From: Octopus vulgaris
Lineage: Eukaryota
Reading direction: 5' to 3'
Length of the DNA: 64,000 nt
Assembly: GCA_951406725.2 (NCBI GenBank)
Contig: OX597815.1
Location: forward strand, 248,001 to 312,000
Shown: positions 26,255 to 38,758 of the stretch, one piece after another
Layout: the number at the start of each line of letters is the position of its first letter
Numbering within the stretch: the first letter of the stretch is position 1
Position numbers and translations under genes: made by a program
Notes under the pieces: model-generated
Database searches by the model: none
Told to the model about the DNA's origin: nothing
What the model saw: the letters and a program-made list of their open reading frames with translations, nothing else

Positions 26255-26747
26255 CATGTACATTGTTTTGTCTTGGTATTAAAGATGGGCTACAGCAAAT
26301 ATTCTGCTCAATACCACAGATTTGCTTGTCAGTTGCTTCACCATAACCAGTTGAGCATGTCCCTTAGTGGCTGACGATATGTGCATCTGTGACCACGAGC
26401 AGAAGTAGTGGGGGAGCATCATAGCCATGTGTTGAGAGGAATTCTTTGGGGTTTGAATAATTTACTTCTGGAAACATGGGTGTTTCATTCAATATCCTTA
26501 AACAACCCTTATTCAGGGACCTTTTTGAGCAGGATGGGCTACTCGACCAGAAGAAAATTCTAACTGGGCCCCACCTGCAAAGTCATGTGCTGTTTATCTT
26601 GATATGATATCACCATGTTGCGCACATATGGTTGTGATGCATGTGCCTAGTGTACCCTTATCAGACGGGTAGTCATGATTGGTATACTGGACTTCATATA
26701 TTTGTACTCCAGTGTCACTTTGATGGCATGCACTGCTCTCTCACTCA
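26245..26747. mobile_element. ~500-bp non-coding interspersed element embedded in (TAA)n
   Basis: Bounded on both sides by (AAT)n tracts (~26210-26254 and ~26746-26772), with no ORF. Confidence 0.5.
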
Positions 26748-26772
26748 ATAATAATAATAATAATAATAATAA

Positions 26773-28050
26773 ATGGACCGATAATTTATGAAAATGATGA
26801 CCATCAACATAAAGGGCTAGACGTTATTCCTTATGTTGCACAAATAATATCAAAAAAACATAAATGGACATGTGAGGAATATATTTCAATCCTACATGCT
26901 TATTTTCATCAGTGCTCTACCCACAAAATGAAAACAGAACAACATATACATATAAAATCTGGAAGAAAAAAACTAGATAACGATTTGGATACAGCATTGA
27001 AGCCTGATAAACTAGCTAACATATGGAGATATATTCTCAAAACAAAACAAAAAGATATCAGAAATAGAAATAGAACACTTAAAAGGAAAAATACATCAGG
27101 AAAATGTAGATGGTAACCACACAGCAATGTCAAATGATATCATAAGTACCGGGACTGTAAAACACGAACACAGACGTAACAAGTGAAACAAAAACACAGT
27201 AAACAACAAAAGACAAGAAACCCAGACCGTAGGAATGTATAATGATGAATAAAATGCACCAAAGCAGAACAGCACTGACAAAAATATAAATGGGAGGGAA
27301 TAGGAAAGAAATCTAAAACCTGGAAACAGTGAAGGTGGAACTAATGATTATGATACTCTGAAAATGAGCATAAGCAAAGAATTGAGAGCCACAGATGTCA
27401 GAATGGACCACCAATTGTACCTCTAGAAAATTAAAATGGATAATAAAACAACATCAATAATAAATAGCATGAACCTGGCTGTCACAGAACTAATGGCCAC
27501 AGAAACAAATGTCAATATGACTAGGTTAAATGACATATGCAGCAGTCTCTGTGGCCACAACAGAAGATGGATACCCCATCAAACCCATCCACACAGGAGT
27601 ATCAACACCCAAACAAACCCTGTGGGTAAATAATAACCAGAAAGAAAGAGAAAATAAGAGAAAAGATCTGTCAGTTCTTAATGAAACCAGTTGACAATCA
27701 ACACTACTAAGCAACAAGAAGAAAAGAAAAATATTACGTAAATACAAGATTACAGAACAAGGTATATCTGAAGGCAGCGAGGAGCTGGCAGAAACGTTAG
27801 CACACCGGGCAAAATGATTAGCTGTATTTCGTCTGCTGCTACGTTCTGAGTTCAAATTCCGCCGAGGTCGACTTTGCCTTTCATCCTTTCGGGGTCGGTT
27901 AAATAAGTACCAGTTAGGCACTGGGGTCGATATAATCAACTTAATCCGTTTGTCTGTCCTTGTTTGTCCCTTCTGTGTTTAGCCCCTTGTGGGTAGTAAA
28001 AAAATAGGTATATCTGAGGTAAAAGAACAGCTAAAGCAAGATATTCTTGC
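26773..28050 (+). mobile_element. Decayed 5' part of an R4/Dong-like LINE ORF, interrupted by a SINE
   Basis: Starts right after (TAA)n. It reads KWTCEEYISILHAY..., and KRKILRKYKITEQGISEVKEQLKQDILAK is restored when the SINE is removed. Confidence 0.55.
27772..28005 (+). mobile_element. Full-length tRNA-derived SINE with 12-bp TSD; a second full copy lies on the minus strand at ~63592-63829 (TSD ATGCAATACT)
   Basis: AGGTATATCTGA at 27760-27771 and 28006-28017, B-box-like GAGTTCAAATTCC, and a central GACTTTGCCTTTCATCCTTTCGGGGTC domain repeated in many decayed copies. Confidence 0.88.
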
Positions 28051-28059
28051 CAAAGTACA

Positions 28060-28585
28060 ATTGGAGGATTTGTCTCTGTACATTGGACGATTCAAAGGAA
28101 GCTATTCGCGTGGAAGCTGCCTAAATCAACAGAGCAGTGTTGGAGAGAGTGGAGGCCAACTTCCAAGAATGCCTTCAAAAGGGCATCAATGAAAATGGAC
28201 ACCACATGATGGATGTTGTTTTCTACACTTGATTTTAACAAATGCTAATTCAATACAAACACATTGATGTCAATATAATTTGTTTGCAGCTAAAATTAAT
28301 GATTTTGTGAATTTTTGAAAAATGTCCATCCTCTCTACCTGTATCAGGTACATAAGATTGCCATGAGATCTTCAGGACTTTATGCAAGCATTGCTGGTGG
28401 AATTGCTTGAGGTGTTGTAGGTTGTCTAGGTCTTCTCACACCCATACAACAGCGCAGTTGAAACATACGCTTGACAGACCTCAACTTTCACTGCTGCTTC
28501 AATGTCTGGTTACAACCAAAACCTAGATTCAAGTTTTCCAAAAGCATTACAGGCATTAGAAAGTCAATAACTGACTTCTTCATCA
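28060..28585 (-). mobile_element. Decayed RTE (BovB-like) LINE fragment
   Basis: The minus strand reads ALLYGCEK and LKQFHQQCLHKVLKISWQSYVPDT. Confidence 0.6.
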
Positions 28586-28625
28586 AAAATAATATAATAA
28601 TGATAATAATAACAATAATAATAAT

Positions 28626-29400
28626 GTCAGGCCAATGTGATGAAAAATAGAGCAGACCCAAAATGCCGATTCTGCAACGACATGATCGAAACAGTGGACC
28701 ACCTAATCTCTGGATGTAAAGTCTTAGCACCAGTGGAGTATAAATTAAGACATGACAGAGTTGGCCAATATCTCCACTGGCTAATAAGTCGGCATTACAA
28801 TATCAAAACTGCCGACAAGTGGTATAATCACCACCCTGAGGCTGTAACTGAAGGAGAAAATGTAACCATTCTGTGGGACATTCCAGTACATACAGACCGA
28901 ACCATCAAAGCCAATAAACTGGATATTGTTGTGAAAGACCAAAACAATAAAGTTTGCTTATTGATCGACATGAGCATCCCCTGTGATCATAATATCTCGG
29001 TGAAAGAATTTGACAAGCTCAGAAAATATAAAGACCTGCTCATTGAAATTGAGAAAATGTGGCATCTCAAGGCGGTTACAATACCAGTGATCGTAGGAGC
29101 ACTAGGAATGATCAAGAAGGGAACCGAAAATTATATGAGAATGATCCCTGCAAGAAGTGCAAAAGATTGTCTTAATTGGTACATCACACGTATTGAGAAG
29201 AGCATTGTTGATGTGAGAACTATTACTACCCATGTATTTTAATTTAACTTTATTTCTATCAAAAAAAAAAAAATGAACGAACTAGTGAGTTTAGGTTAAT
29301 GGCCTACCAATGTATACTATGAGTTTCTTTGCCCTAGGAGTCGGGAAGACACTCGGCAAGAAATGGAAGCAAATTTGAAAGAAGAAGAAAAACCCATAAA
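28626..29400 (+). mobile_element. 5'-truncated R4/Dong-like LINE (CCHC knuckle + RLE endonuclease) inserted in (TAA)n
   Basis: CRFC...ETVDHLISGC...RHD...ILWDIPVHTDRTIKANKLDIVV..IDMSIP...EFDKLRKY...IPVIVGALG, with (TAA)n-like tracts at both ends. Confidence 0.88.
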
Positions 29401-29425
29401 TAATAATAATAATAATAATAATAAT

Positions 29426-29900
29426 GAAATTATTGTATACAGTGCTCAAGTGCCCCACAACTTGTCAAAAAGTGCGTATAAAGCATATGCAGTGATGTAC
29501 AAATGTCTGGGAAGTGAACAGTGTATGAGTCAGATCCATGCTTGCATGTGTATGGAGGGGAGAAAATCAGGTGTAGTGTTGGCGAATCTCAGGAAGCATG
29601 GAAGTTTTGAAGGATGTAGTGCTCTGACAACTAACATCTGATGCCAGCAGTTTGCTCCATGCTTCAGCAACTCTTAGCGTGAAAAAGTGTTTCCTAAAGT
29701 CATGGGAGCTGTGCTGTTTTCTGACTTTGTAAACATGTCCACGGGTGTTAGACAGGTGGAGTTTGAAAAGGTGCTCAGAGTTATTGTTCGTAAGATGGTT
29801 AATAATTTTATGGGTGTCTACCAAGTCAGCTGCCAGACTTCGGAGTTTCAATGTATCCATGCCCAGGGAAGTAAGGCGTTCAGAATATGGCAAATCATCA
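29426..29900 (-). mobile_element. CR1-like LINE 3' fragment (different family from 1-1082)
   Basis: PYSERLTSLGMDTLKLR..DLVDTHKII...TRGHVYKV...RKHFFTLRVAEAWSKL. Its tail runs into (TTA)n. Confidence 0.85.
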
Positions 29901-30019
29901 AGTATGTTAAATTCAGATAGTGTGCTACCAAGGTAGACTTATGACTACCTTAGTAGCACATACATCCTCCATGCACAAATATGTATAATTCAAACAAGAA
30001 AATCCTTTGAAAAACTTAC

Positions 30020-30252
30020 CTGGTTATTATAAAACTGTTTTGTAAACAAGGAGAAGTCTGTCTTGAACCTGTAACTTTACAAGGAGGGACTAACAAACCT
30101 CCATTGAACACCAAGTCAGTATCGCAATTGGCAGACAACACACAGTCCGCTCGAGGTCTTCCAAAATAAATACGAGATGGATCACCCAAGTTCTTTATTT
30201 GAACAGTGTTCCCAAAACGCACATAGCCATCACTTACAACTGACAATTCTAC
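30020..30252 (-). CDS. CFAP161: CFAP161 exon 3
   Basis: acacAG|GTA...ACC AG|GTaagt, 233 nt. VELSVVSDGYVRFGNTVQIKN...PCKVTGSRQTSPCLQNSFIIT matches the CFAP161 block LSVxxDGYxxxG...PC...NxFII. Confidence 0.9.
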
Positions 30253-31144
30253 CTGTGTTAATAGAAGACATTTAAAGAGATCATAAGAATAAATATCATC
30301 ACCATCGACACCACCATCATTAATCTCATAATTGTCATCATCATCAAAATTATCAATGTATGACAGATAAGTGACTCAATTTGTTGCATGTTGGAAAAAA
30401 ACATTTTTTGGTGCAGCCCATTATGTTCAGGGGTTCAAATCCTAACCAGACTCAAATTGCTTGTCACCCTCCCAAGATCAATAAACTAAGTCCTGGTGGT
30501 GGTGGTGTGTGTGTTTGGGAGGGGGGTGATGTAATAAATTGTTCTATAAAAGACATAGTTGTGGTCTGATGATGCCTGATATTGATAAAAGGATGTTAAT
30601 TTACAAACATATTAATTAATAAAAAATATAATCACAGATGAACATGTAAATGACATATCAGTAATTAATATGTTGTCAGTTGCCTGTGAGAAAGATCCCA
30701 AACTCTGGCTCAGTTTATTTGATCAACAGTGGATACCATTCAGCCAGCTGAGTGGACAGTATTGTATTGTCTGTGATTAGGGTATTTCACACTTAAAGAT
30801 CAAATCCAAGAAAAAGTTGTTACGTAACCCCAGGTCAGCCCTGCTCTGACTGTGCAGCAGACCCACAATCAAAACTACCCAATCCTTTTCTTTGGCCTTG
30901 TGTACCTAGGACTAAGTTATCCAATGTAATTCTCTCTTTTCAAGATGGTTGGGTGTCATTCAAGGGAAATTTGGCTGCTATTTCTAAGTTCCATTGTGGG
31001 TGATATAGTTTCTTCTTGAATTCAATTCTTGCCTGAGGAAGGCTACTCTTTGTTGTTCAGGGTCAGATATATTTCCCATTTATTTATTCAAAAGAAATCA
31101 GTGTTGTAGTTGAGGAAGCAGTAAGAGAAAAAGAGAAATTATTT

Positions 31145-31421
31145 TATTTATCGTTTTTGGATTTGGTTTGCAAGATTCTTTATATGAGTTCGTGTGTTGA
31201 AGCATATTCTATTGTGTCTGGGGAGAGTCATTTTCTTTTTGTGCTTCACGTTTTTCTTATTTTTATTGTCCTAAAATAAAGAGTCAAAACTATTGAAAAG
31301 GTTTCAAGACGCAACGAAAATTTTAAGACAATAAAAATAAGAAAAATGTGGAAATTTTACCGGTGAGTGTGTTAAATAATAAGGCACAAAAAGAAAATGA
31401 TTCTCCCCAGACACAATAGAA
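31145..31421. repeat. Fold-back (inverted) repeat element, possibly a Penelope-like pseudo-LTR remnant
   Basis: 31207-31277 is the reverse complement of 31320-31421, apart from one insertion in the right arm. Confidence 0.6.
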
Positions 31422-32133
31422 ATTATTATATTTATCATTTTGATGACATATATGTTAACTTTTAAGTGATAAATGATAAAAAATCTATAGTTTATCACTT
31501 AAAAATGAGAATATTATACTGCTCATACAAAAATTAAGACAGAATATTGACTTATAAACCTTTCATGTACTTGGCAGTATATTATGGTGGCAAAACGAAG
31601 TCCTGTGTCCATGCTAGTGATTAATATGTGTTAATATACACATTAACATGAAGGGCTGAGCCGGCAGAGTTGTTAGCATGCCAAGTGAAATACTTAGTGA
31701 CATTCTGATTTCAAATTCAGGGTTGATAAAATAAGTACCAGTCATGCACTGGGGTTGATGTAATTGACTTACCCGCTCTCCCCAAACTTACTGGGCCTTT
31801 GCCAAAATTTGATGTAAAGTACCATCTGAGCATGATTGTTGCCAGTGCCACCTGACTGGCTCCCATGGCAGTGGCACGTAAAAAGCACCATTCGAGTGTG
31901 GTTGTTGCCAGTGCTGGCTGACTGGCCCTTGTGCTGGTGGCATGTAAAAAGCACCAACTACACTCTTGGAGTGGTTGGCGTTAGGAAGGGCATCCAGCTG
32001 TAGAAACATTGCCAGATCAGATTGGAACCTGATGCAGCCTTCTGGCTTGCCAGCCCTCAGTCAAACTATCCAACCCATGCCAGCATGGAAAGCAGATGTT
32101 AAATGATGACGATGATGATGATTTTATTTCTAT

Positions 32134-32177
<44 letters not shown>

Positions 32178-32227
32178 ACATTATCTCTATTATATATATG
32201 TTGATAATATAATTTATGTTACATACA

Positions 32228-33099
32228 TGTGGCCTGATCAATAATATCCGGACTGTTGCCATAATAATGAATCTAAAACACCCAGAATAAAGCTGCTTGA
32301 CACAGATTGACCTTCAACTCTGCTGTGCATGCACACTAAGCTTTAACGTTCTAGCTCACTTTTGCTGTTTACAGCAGTGTTTGGAAGGAAGGTGTGTAGC
32401 ATGTGATCATCGCATTGACCATGACAGAGAAAGTTGAGAAGAAAATTTGCATCAAATTTTGCCAAAAGCTTGGCAATACTTGCTTAGTTTTCAAAAGGTT
32501 TTCATTGTTCTTGACACAATTAAGGAGACTTTGTGCAACTGAAACCCAAGTGTCTTTTTCGTCAGCTGAAAGCAGTTTTGGCACAAACTTGGCAAATACG
32601 TGTCTCATACCAAAATCTTCAGTGATAATGGACTGAACTGAACCGTAATTAATCTGAACATCCTCTGATAACTCAGGGATAGTGATTCGATGATTTCCCT
32701 CCACAGCTGCAGACACATCTGTGATGTTTTTCTCAGTTCTGCTGGTTGTGGGTTTCCCAGAATGTTTGTCACAATCGAAATTTTTTTGACCAGCTTGGAA
32801 ACATCTGAACCACTTGTGTGTAGTTCATACACTTCTCTCCATACATTTTCTGCAACTTTGCGTAGGCCTCTGAACAGCTATCACCATGGCAACTTCCTTT
32901 GTCATGGTCAATGCGATGATCACACACTACACACCTTTCTTACAAGCACTGCTGTAAACAGCAGAAGTGATCTAGAATGTTAAAACTTAGTGCGAATGTA
33001 CAACAGAGTTGAAGGTCAATCTTTGACAAGAAGCTTTATTCTGCGTTCTTCAGCTTTGCTCCCATGGCAACAGTCCGGATACTTATTGATCAGACCTCA
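32228..33099. mobile_element. Mariner-derived palindromic element built from two inverted 5' ends
   Basis: TIRs ..CTGATCAATAA.ATCCGGACTGTTGCCAT / ATGGCAACAGTCCGGATACTTATTGATCAG, with arms of ~200 bp or more. Internal transposase HTH remnants read RITIPELSEDVQINYGSVQSIITEDFGMRHVFAKFVPKLL (-) and MTEKVEKKICIKFCQKLG (+). Confidence 0.88.
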
Positions 33100-33149
33100 T
33101 AATATCATTTATATTACATATATATCCTCATATACATTACAAAAGTCTT

Positions 33150-34640
33150 CCCAAGGGAAGAATGCATAACTCAACATAAACTGGTGATTAATGGATCCAG
33201 TCTTAAGGTCAAAAAGATCCTGAGACATAAGCCAATATGGAAAAGGAGGCTGTGGAAGCTCAAGGATCCCTCAACTGGGCAGAGATTTAGAGAGGTCCTC
33301 AATGAGTCCTTTAATGAGATGGAGGAAGAGTTAGAGACATATGATGTAGAGGACAAGTGGAAGTTCCTACAGGACAATCTACTAAGGGCAACAGACCAAA
33401 TTTGTGGTTGGAGCAAAGTGCCTGCTGGACCAAATGTGACATGGTGGTGGAACAGTGATGTTGACAGGACCATAAAGTGGGAAAGAGGGTGTGGTGACAA
33501 AGACATAAGTTCTATTTAGCTAGGGTAGAAGCGGAAAAGAAGAGGTTTGCCAAGGTCCTACTGCATGAAGATCGGAGACTTGAAGTTTCCCGATTGCCTG
33601 ACGGTGTGTCATTGAGAATCAAGCGAAATGTGTGTGTGGATGGATAATGGTATGCTTGCACTTAGTGATGTGGACAAGAAAGAAACATGCAAAAGTTGCT
33701 ATGCAAGACTGTTGAATGTGGTGAATGAATGGAATAAAAGGAGTCTCCCTCATGTGAGCCCAATAGAGGGACCAGGAAAACTAGGAAAGCCCCTGGTCCA
33801 TTCAGAATCACAGCCACGATGCTCAAAATATTCAGTAAGGAAAGATGGGCTGGTCACCCACATAATTAATCAGGTCATTCAGGAAGGTGTAATACCCAGA
33901 GACTGGCATAGCAGCATAATTGTTAGCTGCTACAAGGGTAAAGGTGATGCTTTAGATAGAAGCAATTATAGAGGCATCAAACACCTGGACCAGGTGGTGG
34001 AAATTAGAGAGAGAGAGTCATAGCCCAATTAATTAGGAGAGCAGAATTAGGTTAGACAAAATGCAGTTAGGCTTTGTCCAGGGAAGAAGCACTACTGACA
34101 CTATTTTCATAGTCAGGCAACTGCAAGAGAAGTGCTTAGCTAAGAATAAGCCATTATGCTTGGTATTTGTTGATCTAGAGAAAGTCTTCAATAGAGCACC
34201 CTGCTATATGATATGGTGAGCTGTGAGGAGGCTAGGGATTAACAAATGGCTGGTGAAAGCTGTACAGGCCATGTACAGAGACATTGTCAGTAAGGTGAGA
34301 GTTAACCACAAGTAAAAGTGAAGAACCTGGTGTACAGGTAGGGATCTAAAAAGGCTCAGGCCTCAGTCCCCTCCTTTTCATCATTGTCCTCCAGGCTGTA
34401 GCAGAAAAAATTCAAGACTGGCAGCCCCTGAGAATTGCTATATGCTGATGATCTTGCCCTCATTGCAGATTCCATATCAGAGCTAGAAGAGAAAAATCCA
34501 GGTGTGGAAGCAAAACCTGGAATCTAACGTCCTCAAGGTTAACTTAGCAAAGACTAAGGTCCTAATAAGCAAGAAAACTGACAGGACCCTACCCCACTCA
34601 AGTAGGTGGCTCTGTTCGATTTGTAGGAAAGGTGTAGGTT
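33150..34640 (+). mobile_element. Decayed RTE-clade LINE, RT region
   Basis: IPRDWHSSIIVSCYKGKGDALDRSNYRGI, GRSTTDTIFIVRQLQEK and LLYADDL, with stops and frameshifts. Confidence 0.9.
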
Positions 34641-35878
34641 TACAGAAAAAGAAATCAATCAAACTGCTTCACCCATTACAAATATAATCTGAAAGTGAAA
34701 CAGAAAAAAATATGAAGACATTGTTTGAGTTTAAAATCTGACCTTGTTTTTGTTATCTACATTCCAACAACAGAGGTTTGTACATTTGTTAGAAAGCAGC
34801 TCCTTCCTCAGATGAAGAATTTAAATTATTAAAAAACAGAACTCGCTCTCACACACACACACATGCATGCATGTGCACACACTCACTTACATACACGCAT
34901 ACACATATATTCATCTAAACAGTTCTTACATCTGATAGTTGTCTCAGAAAGCCAAAATATTTTACTCCATCGTCAAACATCCCAGATAAATGCCAGCATT
35001 GGGAGATTTTCCGAATGATGTCTTCTGTATAAAGAACATATATGTGGGGGATAGACTTCCATAATGTGCATTTAATCAATTAAAATTAAGTTCCTTAATG
35101 AAGAGAACAATCATTAGTGTTAATAACAGTTGTGAAGAAAAGCAAAGCAGATAACTGGAATACAAATTGATTAAAGATGAAGGTCATGGCAGTGGTTGTT
35201 GTGGCAGTAATGGGTAGGGTTTGAGTTTAGTGTTTTTAAGAAGTCTGAGAACAATTCTGGAAATATTTTTAATTATTATTCTTCATCAAGGGAACAGAGT
35301 ATTACTGGTACCAAACCTTACTGTTGACCACTTTCAAACCTATTGCACACAAACTGAACACACCCTGTCATACCGCTCAGGGATGTAAAATGTTGGGTGG
35401 ATATATCATTGAATTACTGCTCAGATCTTTCTAGATACCAACTAGAAATATTTCATGGTATATTAGGACAATTTCTCTATATCCTCCCTTAACTATTGGA
35501 AAATAGTTCCCAGATCTTTTGTGAGTGTAACCAGATACAAACTGGTGTTTCGTTCAACAAGGGGAATTATCTCTCATCTACGCAGCAGCAGCCTCTCAGA
35601 TTTTATATTTCACTCTCACACTGCACACATACAGACCATTGTTATGCATGTGGTGTCATACTAGACAAGACAATGACATACTGTCTTTGAGGGACTTCTG
35701 AACTCTTTATGAATATTTCTTCTCTAACAAACTCTTTCTTTCATCTACCATCACATAATAGAATCCTCTTTCCTTGCTACTACTCCTGCTGCTGCTGCTG
35801 TTGCCATTACCACCACCACCACCACCACTACTACACAAAGCATAAGAGGAGAAAAAGTATAAACAATTATGTTTTTAC

Positions 35879-35968
35879 TGGTTGGAGAAGTTTTTCCTTA
35901 ACAAAGGCAGTTTTCTGCATCAAAAGTTCATTCTGAGATTTCTTGTGCAGGAAATCTTTTATAGTTTC
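35879..35968 (-). CDS. CFAP161: CFAP161 exon 2
   Basis: ttttcAG|GAA...CCA|GTaaaa, 90 nt. ETIKDFLHKKSQNELLMQKTAFVKEKLLQP matches the CFAP161 block KDFLxKxxxxxLLxQ...LLxP. Confidence 0.9.
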
Positions 35969-36499
35969 CTGAAAAATATAAAAATAAAGAAAATTTAAAT
36001 CATCAGAAATATCACTCGATGCTAACAATCACCAATTACATTTTAAAAGAACAATAAGAATAACAACAGGAAGTATCATTATCTCCTTGTTCAATGTCAC
36101 AGGTCCACACAGAATATTTTAAAAAACAAATAGCTTATGCTCACCCCCCTCATAACTTCTACAATACAACACTAATGGTATTAAAAACACTTTTATAGAA
36201 CTAAGTGATATTCTTATTACAATATTCATGTAGCAATAATTCAGGAAACATTCTTATTACTGGAATACCAATACCTACTATTCCAAATTATACCCAAACT
36301 ATAAGTTCTATAATAAGAAGGAAAACTTGCATTCAATCTACAGAGATTTCACAAATGACATTTGTAAACTAATTGGGAACAACACTACACAAAGAATGTC
36401 ATCCTTGAAAACATAAACCAGCAACATGAAGCACATTAATACAATAAACACACACACAGACACACATTCACATATACACACACATAGTCCCTCACTCAG

Positions 36500-37080
36500 T
36501 GGGGGCATGATGGTCATTAACGAAACTAGGAGTAGATGAATGGTTTATGAGGCACAACATACAAGCTATGTATGAAGGCAGAGTTTACAAAGTGAGAATC
36601 AGTCATGAGTTCAATGATGAAGTATTTAGTGTGAAGTTAGGGATCTATCAGGGCTCAGTTCTCAGCTCCCTCCAATTTATTATAGTTCTCCAAGCCATAC
36701 TAGATGAATTTAAGACCAGCTGCTTTTAGGAACTCTGATGTGTTGATGACTTAGCTCTTATAGCAGAATCAGAAGTGAAACTGAAATTCTAGACATGGCA
36801 ATAAAATCTAGAATTGAAGTTTATTGTAAGCAAAAACAAAAGTTTTACTGAAAAGAAAGGGGACGGTGCAAGGAAGGGCAAGTGATGTGAATGGAAGAGG
36901 ACAGTTACATAAGCAAGTACTGAGCATTCAAAGTGAATGGTACCTGTGGAAGATGGAGTCCAAGGAAGGTTTGGGATGAGGTGATGTAAAATGGTTACAA
37001 GATGTTATGGTTGATGAAGGAGGTGAGATAAGATCATGTGAACTGGTGATAAATGGGGTTGAGACTTGAACTCCCACATA
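36500..37080 (+). mobile_element. Decayed RTE LINE RT fragment
   Basis: VKLGIYQGSVLSSLQFIIVLQAI and a decayed VDDL motif. Confidence 0.75.
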
Positions 37081-38159
37081 AGCCGGGCAAAATACTGGTT
37101 GAAATAGTGTGGTAGTGATATGTGTGTGTGTGTGTGTGTCTGTATCTCATCATCATCATCATCATCACTGTTTAACATCCACCTTTCATGCTGGCATGGG
37201 TTGGAAAGTTTGACAGGAGCCAGCCAAGTAGAAGACTACACCAGACTTCTGTGTCTGTTTTGGCAGGGTTTTTATGACTGGATGCCCTTCCTAACACCAA
37301 CCCCCCTGCAGAATGGACTGAGTGCTTTTTATGTGGCACCAGCATGGACGAAGTCAATTTAGGCATGGTTTTTACAGCTGGATGCCCTTCCAAATGCCAA
37401 CCACTTTACAATGTGGACTGGATGCTTTTCATGCGATACCAGTACTGGCAGGGTCATCAAGACAAAGAATCTTTGAGAGGGGAGGGGGGGCATTAGAGGA
37501 GGTGATTTTGTGTCAGATGATGGAAGGTTAGAGTGTGACAGAGAGGCAGAAACAGGTGTCTTGCTGTAGAGGAGGTACATGGTTACCCAGCCAGATAGAG
37601 AGAGAGAGAGAGAGAGTTAACAAGAATGAAGACAAAAATAGGTGTGCTGCTGTAAAGTAAGATACATGGTTACCTAGACAGAGAGAAAGAGAGAGAGAGA
37701 ATGGGTGACAACAAGAGTGTAAGAAAGAGCAGGAGAGAGGTGGTGGTGAAGTGCCAGGGCATACTCACAAGGAACAGGGATCAGATCATAGATAGGATGG
37801 TAAAGTAAGAAAGAGAGAAATAAATGATGGCTAGTGCCAGGGCATACCTTCAAGGTATGGAGGTCCTTAATATACATGGCAGAATATTGCCAAGAAGGTG
37901 CAAGGAGGGATTGGGGGTGGGGAATGCAGTGACTGGTGAGAACCTTGGTATATTGAAGGGGTGGAGAAAGCAATGATACAGTGAGCAGGGCAGTGAGGAT
38001 AGGATTGGGGAGAGGGAGATAATCATAGTGTATGGAGAGGAAATGTGAGGAAGAGAAGAGATGCAGTTTGGGAGAGGAGATGTAGTTTGGTTTGTTGGGG
38101 TAGGGTGTGTGAAAATTTTATTGTTATGTGTGGGTGGAACACAACGCTTCAAGAACTCA

Positions 38160-38550
38160 GTTTCACTGATGTGGGTGGGTCTTCTCTAGAAACTCATACT
38201 GCCAGACATCTTGGTCCATTGTTCGTTTCTCTACAAGCCCCAACATCCTGAGATCAGTCTTCACCACTTCATCCCATGTCTTCCTGGGTCTCCCTCTTCC
38301 ACAGGTACCATCCATTTTCAGTGACCAGCACTTCTTTATACAGCTGTCTTCATTCACATAACATCATATGTCCAAAACAATGCAGCCTCTTCTCTTGCAT
38401 TCTGCATTTAATTCCTCTTATGATCAATTTTTCTCTCAACATATTTGTGCTTTGTCATTCATGCACACTGATGCTGCACATCCAGTGGTGCATACTGACT
38501 TCATTCCTCTCTATCCTCTGCATTCAGAGCCCATGTCTCACTACCATCAT
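38160..38550 (-). mobile_element. RTE LINE C-terminal fragment (similar pieces at ~45780-45920(+), 49410-49510(-), 58020-58290(-))
   Basis: MNEDSCIKKCWSLKMDGTCGRGRPRKTWDEVVKTDL. Confidence 0.75.
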
Positions 38551-38758
38551 ACAATCTACCTTTCGTCATCATCATCAACATCATTTAATGTCTGTTTTCC
38601 ATTCTAGCATAGGCTGGAGGGTTTGACAGGAGCCGCACCAGGTTACATTGTCTGTTTTGGCTTGGTTTTTACAGCTCGATGTCCTTCCTAACACTAATCA
38701 CTTTACAGAGTGTACTGGGTGTTTTTTATGTGGAACCAGAACCAATTCTTTCTATATA

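Noticed and set aside
26340-26430. HDV-like ribozyme candidate on the minus strand (..TCCCCCAC...GTGG...CTAAGGGAC) or hammerhead at CTGACGA on plus
   Set aside because: I could not build P1/P1.1/P3 with correct lengths, and there is no GAAA or stem III for a hammerhead.
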